A stretch of DNA of 26,344 nt from a virus (taxonomy: Duplodnaviria > Caudoviricetes), in IMG/VR virus record IMGVR_UViG_3300044852_000013, positions 1 to 26,344 of that record; one strand, given 5' to 3'. The notes beneath the pieces were generated by a model. The model saw only the letters and a program-made list of their open reading frames with translations. It was not told the origin of the DNA and ran no database searches. This document shows, one piece after another, positions 1 through 6,941 of the stretch. Within the stretch, counting starts at the first letter, position 1, and each line of letters begins with the position of its first letter. The position numbers and the translations under genes are program-made.

Positions 1-356
1 AAGGCACTCCTCGTGATAAGCTGGCGTATGTGATCCAGAAGTTCCCAACGCTGTACAACAACCCGAAGAAGCCGGAATACAAACAGTTTGCTGATGCGGT
101 ACTCCAGCACATGTTTGAATACCTGCACACCAACGGTATTAAGAAAACCAACGTGTATGACGTCTTGATCAAGATGCGCGGTGCCTACGGGGCTCCTCGT
201 AGCAAGAACGATACCGTCAAGGTGATCCGTACCCTGGGTGATGAAATCGTCAAAGAGCAAACCGGAGTAAAAACACAACAAACCGTCCAATTAGTTCGTA
301 CCGCACTTTGTCTGTACATTGTGCTGCGAATACTGAGCAAGGACTATTTCGAGTAA
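1..356 (+). CDS. 5'-truncated; C-terminus of probable phiKZ gp68-like non-virion RNA polymerase promoter-specificity (sigma-like) subunit
   Basis: Frame 3 is open from the window edge (GTPRDKLAYVIQKF...) to TAA at 354-356. The C-terminal pattern 'KMRGAYGAPRS...IVKEQTG.K....QLVRTALCLYIVLR' resembles my recollection of gp68-family C-termini (LRG.Y.SSRS...IVK.AT......SVRT.LLLY.V.R). Confidence 0.55.
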   Translation, partial: GTPRDKLAYVIQKFPTLYNNPKKPEYKQFADAVLQHMFEYLHTNGIKKTNVYDVLIKMRGAYGAPRSKNDTVKVIRTLGDEIVKEQTGVKTQQTVQLVRTALCLYIVLRILSKDYFE

Positions 357-370
357 GGAGCAATTCAGCT

Positions 371-820
371 ATGGTTCTTCATCATTTCGTAGGAACGAAG
401 ATCATCAAGTCAAAGGCCATGACTCGTTTGGAGTACGTGACCTATCGGGGATGGGAACTCCCGGCTGACGAAGATGGTAGCGACGCAGGCTATTTGGTCG
501 AGTACTTGGATGGCGGGAAACCTAACCATCCGGACCATGAAGGGTACATCTCCTGGTCGCCAAAGGAACAGCATGAAAACGCCTATCTGAATATGGGCAA
601 CATGGGGACGTACACCCCGGCGCAACAAAAGGTCTTTGCTACAAAGGTCCAGCTGGAGCATCAGATCGCTGTGCTCAAGGAAGAGATCCAGGAAGCAGAT
701 AAGCTCAAGAACACCGATGACTTTATCTGTACACCCTGGGAAGTGCAGCTCATGCAGACGCAACTGTCCTGCATGGAAGTACAACTCAATGTGGTCATTG
801 AACGCACTGAGTGGTTTTAA
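371..820 (+). CDS. 149-aa two-domain protein: N-terminal 'GTK...PMT...GYLVEY...GYISWSPK' phage domain plus C-terminal crAss001_48-like helical domain; putative anti-defence protein
   Basis: AAGGAG RBS at 355-360 before an in-frame ATG at 371, a better start than the TTG at 308. Motifs FVGTKIIKSKAMTR, GYLVEYLDGGKPNHPDHEGYISWSPKEQHENAY, then PAQQKV...L...Q...M....V..ER..F. Confidence 0.75.
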   Translation: MVLHHFVGTKIIKSKAMTRLEYVTYRGWELPADEDGSDAGYLVEYLDGGKPNHPDHEGYISWSPKEQHENAYLNMGNMGTYTPAQQKVFATKVQLEHQIAVLKEEIQEADKLKNTDDFICTPWEVQLMQTQLSCMEVQLNVVIERTEWF

Positions 821-836
821 TTTTATGTAACACAAC

Positions 837-878
837 CTAATCACTCTCTTAGTCTTCACGGGCTAGGAGAGTGATTGG
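837..878 (+). terminator. 18-bp hairpin, probable intrinsic terminator
   Basis: CTAATCACTCTCTTAGTC-ttcacg-GGCTAGGAGAGTGATTGG. Three G-U pairs form only on the + strand. It lies just after the stop at 820. Confidence 0.75.
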
Positions 879-904
879 ATTACTTTGCTTAATGTGAGTT
901 ATCT

Positions 905-1585
905 ATGACCGTAGACATCAGTACCTTCCGCATTGCTACTCCTTTGCCTGTTTCGGAAACGAACCCGGTAGCGCTGGAACTCATGGGCGCTGACGCCCTA
1001 GTTCTTTGTCCAAGCGTGATTTGCCAGCTGGAGGATGGATCTATCCAGTTAACTGCACCCACTCAAGGAGCGTCAAGCAAGAGCACCAAACGCACTCGCT
1101 GCGAATGGAAGGAAGACGGGTACTGGCCGTTGGTTAGTGCGGACAAACACTGGAACCGCCAAGAGGTGACTCTGCTTAAAGTCAACTCTGCGCAAAAGGT
1201 GGTGATTGGACAGATCCATGTCAAGGACGCCACCACTCCTCCATTGAAGGTGTTCTGGAACAAGGGCAAGATCACCGCTGGCTTCCGTCAAAGCTTTGAC
1301 TCACCTGATATTGTGAACGTCACTGTTCACAACGACGTACCCCTGGGTGCAAAGTTCAAACTGAGCATCGGCGTTACCAGCAGTGGTTCTGTCTCGATCA
1401 ATGTCTTGTGCAACGGCATTCCGTCTCTCAAGACCAGCTTGCGGCTGGATAGCTCCTGGCAGGATCAGTCGTTACAGTTCCACGGTGGTCTGTATAACCA
1501 GATCGATTACTCCGCGGATACTCCAGAAGGTGATGGATCTATTTCGATCATCTCCATGCTGGATGTCACCCACGGCGCTGTGTAA
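905..1585 (+). CDS. Polysaccharide lyase family 7 (alginate lyase), no signal peptide
   Basis: All three PL7 signature regions in order: RTRCEWKE (RxELR), VVIGQIH (QIH), and LQFHGGLYNQ (YFKAGxYxQ). 226 aa, beta-rich. The N-terminus resembles Pseudomonas PA1167-type PL7. Confidence 0.85.
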   Translation: MTVDISTFRIATPLPVSETNPVALELMGADALVLCPSVICQLEDGSIQLTAPTQGASSKSTKRTRCEWKEDGYWPLVSADKHWNRQEVTLLKVNSAQKVVIGQIHVKDATTPPLKVFWNKGKITAGFRQSFDSPDIVNVTVHNDVPLGAKFKLSIGVTSSGSVSINVLCNGIPSLKTSLRLDSSWQDQSLQFHGGLYNQIDYSADTPEGDGSISIISMLDVTHGAV

Positions 1586-1598
1586 TACATAACCCTTG

Positions 1599-1628
1599 CC
1601 CTAGAGCCTCCTTGCGGGGGCTCTAGGG
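1599..1628. terminator. Hairpin between the convergent alginate lyase and terminase genes
   Basis: CCCTAGAGCCTCC-ttgc-GGGGGCTCTAGGG, a 13-bp stem with one G-U on the + strand. Confidence 0.8.
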
Positions 1629-1637
1629 TTTAGGTCT

Positions 1638-4600
1638 TTATGCACGCTTACGTTCTTTGAGCATCCGCTTAGCACGCTCAAGCTTCGCATTTTCAATCAG
1701 GGTGTCGACAGTCAACAGTTTAGCCGTCTCAACCGGAAGCAGTCTGCTGAGCTTGTTGATCTCAGCTTCCAGTCGCATGGCCAGGATGTTGTCGTTGGTG
1801 TTCAACAACTCATCTGTCAGCCTGGCTACCCGTTTCTTGATGTTGTCCATAAACGAGATAATACTTGGATCGACTTCAGGAGCGTTCTTATTCTTACCGG
1901 CATCCAGCAGGTTACGAGTTTCCGTTAACGCAATCCCAGTTGGAATCCCGTACATCGGCTTGTTCTGCCCCAGCTTGATAAACCAGTACGTCAGCAACCA
2001 GGCGATAACCAAGTCATCGTGCTGTTTGCTATCGTGGTCGATTCGATCGCCCCGCGTCTTGAGGTTGATAAGCTCATCTGCAAGCCTGTCATAGTTCAGA
2101 CCATATCCCGTGTTACCCACAGCTTCCTGAATCAACCCGTACAGAACCTGACGTGAAGTCTGGGTCGTTACGAACCCGAAGAACTGTTTGTACTTCAGGT
2201 AGAAGCTTTTACTGCGGTGGGCAAACTTGGTGTTCTGAACTGCCTCGTATTCCTTCGAATGGTTAACAGGATCTTGGAAGACCGTGTTGTAGATCCGAGT
2301 GAATGGATCCATCCCTTTAGCCGGCAGCATCACCAGCAGGTTATCGATCATGTGGTGCGCATAGTTACGTTCAATCACCAGCAGGCTGTTTTCCAGCGTC
2401 GACAACATGTCCACGATAATGCCGGTCACGTCGTCCAGGAAGGCCAACTGGTATCGCCCTACCCCAATCACCTTACCTGTCTTCATACTGCGGATAATCA
2501 GCGTACAGGCGTCCTTGTTGATAGCCGACGAGGTATCCACCCCAATGAGGAAGAAGTCGTTGTAGCTCTTCTTCGCCATCTCCAGCAGTTCTTGCTGCGT
2601 CACAAAGAAGTCCATAAACAGACCACTGTCACGATACTCCTTACTCCAAACCTTATCCCGCTTCACGTTGTTAATCGCTTCACGAGTAATGTCGTCAAAC
2701 ACACGGTTCTCACCGTCCTCAACCCACATCAGGAGCAAGTCGATCTTCGCCTTAGCAAGGCTGAGGTTCAGACTGTCGATGGTTTCCTGTACCCACGACT
2801 TGTCTTTACCCAACTGCAAGAAGTTGTACACCAATGCCACAGACGGCGAGGTAGTCTTCTTCGGAGAGGCTTTCAACAAGCGCATCTTCAGATGACTTTC
2901 GCTATACGAGTCAAAGAACTTCTCACGCCACTCGGTAGAGGTCATCAACTTCTCGAACATGAATGCACCGCTTGGATGCAGGGTCGTGTTCGGTGTCGTG
3001 ATATAACTGATCCCGTAAGGAATACCGCTGTCACGACAGATCTCCATCTCTGTAAGTGCAGATGGTGAGCATCCGTTGATGATCGCCTCGATCCAGTTGA
3101 TGTAACCTGGCTCGTCGTAGTTCGTGGTACCTACCGTGAGACCCCGTCCAAGGTCGCCTGCGGCGTCTTCGCCCATCTGGGGTACTGAGATGGTCAGGGT
3201 GTTAACGTGCTCCTCACCAAAGGCCTTGTACGTCAGGTAGTTACCTGCGTCTTTGTCCTTCCAGGTAGGGTTAACCAGGTACTTCGGCAGACAGGTCCGG
3301 ATCTTCTTGATCGCGTCAATGAACTGAGCCCGGTTATCCGACTTCAGTGTCACGAGGTGAGACTTATACCCACGTCCCATGATGTAGGTTAGCCAGAAGG
3401 CAATCACCTGAACCGATACCGTGTTGTGGGTGACCAAGAAGTCATCGGTGACGTAGAGGTGTTCCTCGTTGTCCACTTCGATACAGGTGCAAGGGGCCTC
3501 ACCCTGATACTCGATCCGCTCCACAAACAACTGGTTAGGATAGACCGACTCCTCTTCGACATGCTTGAACTTAAACATGCGCATTGAGTGAGGCAAGGTT
3601 ACGGTGAGTTTGCTACCCACCTTGGAAGCAGTACCACCCAGACCACGAGCGAGGTATTGGATATGACCGCACACAATGCGGCTAGGGTTAGCACAGACCA
3701 CACCCTCCTCACCGAGTACCCCTTGATCTAGAAACGCCTGTAGCACTGCCAGGCGATCTTCCAGAGCCCCTTCCAGATACCCAACTGGGACACCCAGGAA
3801 ACCATCGAAGTTAATGTCCTTGCCTTCTTCGGTCTTCTTGATAACACGACGGTTACCCGTGCAGGTCAGTTCCATCCCTACCGGCATGTGCTCGATCAGG
3901 TAAGCATCAGCTGCATCAGAGACCTTCTTGATCAGCAAGCCGTCGGCGATAGGGAAACCGCCAATAAGCGTACCCATGACATAAGGGTCTACTTTGAAGT
4001 TCTTCTTGACACCCTTCTCAGCTTCGATCAACGGGAACTCTAGCTTCACATCAGCCTTGAGCTTGTCGATCATTTCTGCTGTGGTGTAGTCATCCCAAAT
4101 CGGATCGTCGTTTACCGCACGGCTGTGGTCAGCCAAGGTCCAGAGGTGTTCTGGGCCTGCATCCACATAACGACCATCGCTGGCGTAGACCCGGTACAGC
4201 CGCTTGATGCCTTGAGGGTGGATACCAATAACCGTCGATGGTTTGCCATAACGGTCAACAACCTGATCCCCTGCTTGCAGGTCACCAATTCGTACCCAGG
4301 TTCCGTCTGTTTTACGAACCTTGTTGTTATCATCCTGGTACTTACCCTGCTGACGAGGCATGATCATGTACTGGGTAATGTGGTTTAGGTAGTTCCAGAT
4401 AAAACTGATGTTACCTCGGTTCGCCATGAACTGACGGTCCGCCCGCAACTTACACACCTCACGAAGGAAGTACCAGAAGTTAGTCTGGCACTCGCGCATC
4501 ACCATGACCTTCTGTTCGTTGGTCAGGTTCTCGTCATACGGATCAACCCCAATAAGAGCCGGGTTGTTCAGTTGCAGGAGGAAGTAGTAGTTCTTGATCC

Positions 4601-4895
4601 CCTGTTGGCGGAAGATCTCGGCCGTCCGCAGGAAGCTGGTGTTCTTGGTGTTGAGGTCAGGCTGTGCTTTGTAGCGAGCAAAGTCCTTGAGGAACCGAAC
4701 CGTCTTGATCGCTGACAAGCTGTCTTCGTTGAAGTGAGCCATAAGCAATTCATCTTCAGTACGCTTGGCCCAGTCAACTCGGTTCTTACGGTCATCAATC
4801 AGTTCGGGTGGGAGGTTTTGTGCTCCCAGGTAGTCCACGAGGTCTTTTGCAAACTTGAGGGTAGAGGCTTCTACCGTATTGTCAGTGGCTTCCAT
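1638..4895 (-). CDS. terL: Terminase large subunit (phiKZ gp25-like), intein-containing; 779 aa after splicing
   Basis: Walker A PRQQGK|T is split by the intein. Also Walker B NYDEPG, coupling motif YITTP, and RNase H-like nuclease motifs IGVDTS, VIERN and HDDLVIAW. The N-terminal ECQTNFWYFLREV motif is typical of this terminase group. Confidence 0.95.
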   Translation of the reverse strand: MEATDNTVEASTLKFAKDLVDYLGAQNLPPELIDDRKNRVDWAKRTEDELLMAHFNEDSLSAIKTVRFLKDFARYKAQPDLNTKNTSFLRTAEIFRQQGIKNYYFLLQLNNPALIGVDPYDENLTNEQKVMVMRECQTNFWYFLREVCKLRADRQFMANRGNISFIWNYLNHITQYMIMPRQQGKYQDDNNKVRKTDGTWVRIGDLQAGDQVVDRYGKPSTVIGIHPQGIKRLYRVYASDGRYVDAGPEHLWTLADHSRAVNDDPIWDDYTTAEMIDKLKADVKLEFPLIEAEKGVKKNFKVDPYVMGTLIGGFPIADGLLIKKVSDAADAYLIEHMPVGMELTCTGNRRVIKKTEEGKDINFDGFLGVPVGYLEGALEDRLAVLQAFLDQGVLGEEGVVCANPSRIVCGHIQYLARGLGGTASKVGSKLTVTLPHSMRMFKFKHVEEESVYPNQLFVERIEYQGEAPCTCIEVDNEEHLYVTDDFLVTHNTVSVQVIAFWLTYIMGRGYKSHLVTLKSDNRAQFIDAIKKIRTCLPKYLVNPTWKDKDAGNYLTYKAFGEEHVNTLTISVPQMGEDAAGDLGRGLTVGTTNYDEPGYINWIEAIINGCSPSALTEMEICRDSGIPYGISYITTPNTTLHPSGAFMFEKLMTSTEWREKFFDSYSESHLKMRLLKASPKKTTSPSVALVYNFLQLGKDKSWVQETIDSLNLSLAKAKIDLLLMWVEDGENRVFDDITREAINNVKRDKVWSKEYRDSGLFMDFFVTQQELLEMAKKSYNDFFLIGVDTSSAINKDACTLIIRSMKTGKVIGVGRYQLAFLDDVTGIIVDMLSTLENSLLVIERNYAHHMIDNLLVMLPAKGMDPFTRIYNTVFQDPVNHSKEYEAVQNTKFAHRSKSFYLKYKQFFGFVTTQTSRQVLYGLIQEAVGNTGYGLNYDRLADELINLKTRGDRIDHDSKQHDDLVIAWLLTYWFIKLGQNKPMYGIPTGIALTETRNLLDAGKNKNAPEVDPSIISFMDNIKKRVARLTDELLNTNDNILAMRLEAEINKLSRLLPVETAKLLTVDTLIENAKLERAKRMLKERKRA
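3423..4340 (-). mobile_element. 306-aa class-3 intein (residues 186-491 of TerL) with a degenerate LAGLIDADG domain
   Basis: Begins GK|YQDDNNKVRKTDGTWVRIGDLQAGDQV. Block B is AGPEHLWT, block F is PCTCIEVD, and the C-terminus is LVTHN|T. Removing it restores Walker A GKT. Confidence 0.92.
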
Positions 4896-4940
4896 GATAA
4901 GTTCCCATTACACAGATCAAAAAGAAAATATAACCAATCA

Positions 4941-4979
4941 AAAATAAATAACCCAGAGGCCCGAAAGCCCCTGGGTTAT
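4941..4979 (-). terminator. Intrinsic terminator between the 65-aa ORF and terL
   Basis: Minus strand ATAACCCAGGGGC-tttcgg-GCCTCTGGGTTAT followed by TTATTTTT. Confidence 0.85.
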
Positions 4980-4983
4980 GGTA

Positions 4984-5181
4984 TCACACTACCGGGGTAG
5001 GTACTTCTTTGACGCGCTCGTAGGACGTCACGGCGCGATCGTCGTAGATCGTCACTTCACGGCTTTCACCGTCTTGCAGTGCGAACTCTTCAATCGTTTC
5101 GTTGGTCACCACATTGAACACCTTGACAGCGACTTCTTTGTTGCTGGCGCAGTGAGCCGACACTTTAACTTGCGAGGTCAT
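4984..5181 (-). CDS. 65-aa hypothetical all-beta protein
   Basis: GGAG RBS upstream of the ATG. Codon usage matches neighbouring genes. It fills the gap between the gp26-like gene and the terminator. Confidence 0.8.
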   Translation of the reverse strand: MTSQVKVSAHCASNKEVAVKVFNVVTNETIEEFALQDGESREVTIYDDRAVTSYERVKEVPTPVV

Positions 5182-5213
5182 ACATTTCTCCGATGGGGAT
5201 TACACGTATAACA

Positions 5214-6941
5214 TTAAGGTGCCAGTTCCACGGTAACGCCGGTCATACCAAGTTGCAGTTCAACGCCCGTTCCAGACTTGTTGACCCAGTTGATGTACCA
5301 GGTCTTACCCTTCTGCATCGAGACGGTGATCGCGTTCAGTTGATTCCAAGCGCTAAGCGGGAATCGCCATTTGCGACCATCTTCATGCATCATGTCGAAG
5401 TGTGTAGGCGTTGGCGCCTTGTCTTCGTTGAAGACGTCGAAGCTTGGGTAGATCGACCAGTACATCACGTCGAGCCATTCGTTCACTTCGTCTTGACCGT
5501 TGGTGATGTCGAACGTGGTGTTGGCACCGTTGTTCGCCGCCACAACTTTCTTCGCAGCGTAGATCGGCTTGCCGTACGAGTAGTTCACCTGCCAACGATC
5601 GCCTGGGCCGTTGATGTCTTTCAACAACACGACTTCGGTATGCTGGATGAACGGCACCGACTCGTACGTTGGAGCGACGTCCTTCAGGTTGATGTTGAAG
5701 ATCAACGCTTGCGACAGGCCATACGAGGATGGCTTGTAGACCGGGCTCTTGTCGTTGTAAGTAACAACGGCCGTGACGTCCGTGAACGTCTTGCGATCCA
5801 GGTCGTACAGGAAGTGCTGCAAGCGATAACCGCCTTGCGTCGCATCCCACTGCGGGTAGCTGAAGATCCGCGGGCTGTAAGCACCCTTGGAAGCACCAGC
5901 CTCGAAGGTGTAGGTATGACGAGCAAAGTCTGGGTTACCTGGTTGTGCGATGTAATGTTCCTCGTTCTCAGCCAATTTCTTGACCAGAACAACATCACCC
6001 GTTTGACCAGGGAACTTCGGACGGTACTCAGCCACACCCAACAGACTGTACTCACCCCCGTTAACTGGAGCAGGGTCAGACGTCGAACCATCAGAGTAAT
6101 GCGTGATGGCACGCAGTTCAACCGACGCCAACTGAACGTTGACTGGAATGATCAGGCGATCTGGATCGTTGATGCGAGTGAACCATGGCGAGAGCAGTTC
6201 CACACCAGTGACATACTTGACGCCGATGTTGTGATCTTTCATGTACGACGAATGCTGAACCATCAGCGGTTGAGCAGGTGGGATGAAGTTGTCACCCTCG
6301 TCGAAGAACACCAACCAGGCACGAGTGCCGTCGACCAAAGCCAGGTCGTTCTTGGTCACACTGAATGGACCGGTGGTCATGATCGACTTGTTGGTGTAGT
6401 CGTTGATCATCGCCAGCTTGACCGGAACCTTCTTGCTGATCATGTTCAGCGACTTGTCGTACTGTGCCGAAATGATGTTCGCATCCACCGCCGCACTACC
6501 CAGGTAGACGAAGGCGTATGCTGCACCAGGACGCATGATGGTAGAATCCACGCGAGCCACGTTTGGACGTACCGAGAAGTCGATCGACAGCAAGGCTTCG
6601 CCCGCCATTGGACCACCACGGAGACCGTAGATGTAATCCTGATCGCTGGTGGTGCCTTCGTCAGTGTTCTGCAAACGCCAAGGCACCAGTGTCGACTTCA
6701 GGGTAGCCTGCCAATCTACCTTAGCCACAAAGTAGATCATGCCGTTAGGGGTGTCGAATACCAACTCCCCTTCCTGCGGAACCACGTACTTCGTCAGATC
6801 ACTGACCGGGTGGATATCCGGGTCATAGACGTTTTCGATGTAGTGGAAGTTCTTGCGTTCCCCTGTGTTGAGGGGACTGGTGTTCGTCCCTGCCACCGCC
6901 GCAACGGCATTAGACAGGGGACTTTGGTCAAAGATTGCCAT
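5214..6941 (-). CDS. Virion structural protein (phiKZ gp26-like, probable baseplate)
   Basis: 575 aa, beta-rich. Position and size match the conserved terminase-gp26-gp27-gp28-sheath-tube order of phiKZ-like phages. TAATG overlap with the upstream gene. Confidence 0.75.
   Translation of the reverse strand: MAIFDQSPLSNAVAAVAGTNTSPLNTGERKNFHYIENVYDPDIHPVSDLTKYVVPQEGELVFDTPNGMIYFVAKVDWQATLKSTLVPWRLQNTDEGTTSDQDYIYGLRGGPMAGEALLSIDFSVRPNVARVDSTIMRPGAAYAFVYLGSAAVDANIISAQYDKSLNMISKKVPVKLAMINDYTNKSIMTTGPFSVTKNDLALVDGTRAWLVFFDEGDNFIPPAQPLMVQHSSYMKDHNIGVKYVTGVELLSPWFTRINDPDRLIIPVNVQLASVELRAITHYSDGSTSDPAPVNGGEYSLLGVAEYRPKFPGQTGDVVLVKKLAENEEHYIAQPGNPDFARHTYTFEAGASKGAYSPRIFSYPQWDATQGGYRLQHFLYDLDRKTFTDVTAVVTYNDKSPVYKPSSYGLSQALIFNINLKDVAPTYESVPFIQHTEVVLLKDINGPGDRWQVNYSYGKPIYAAKKVVAANNGANTTFDITNGQDEVNEWLDVMYWSIYPSFDVFNEDKAPTPTHFDMMHEDGRKWRFPLSAWNQLNAITVSMQKGKTWYINWVNKSGTGVELQLGMTGVTVELAP

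Noticed and set aside
308-370. TTG start giving a 170-aa protein
   Set aside because: It overlaps the upstream gene. ATG 371 has a strong AAGGAG RBS and begins the conserved domain.
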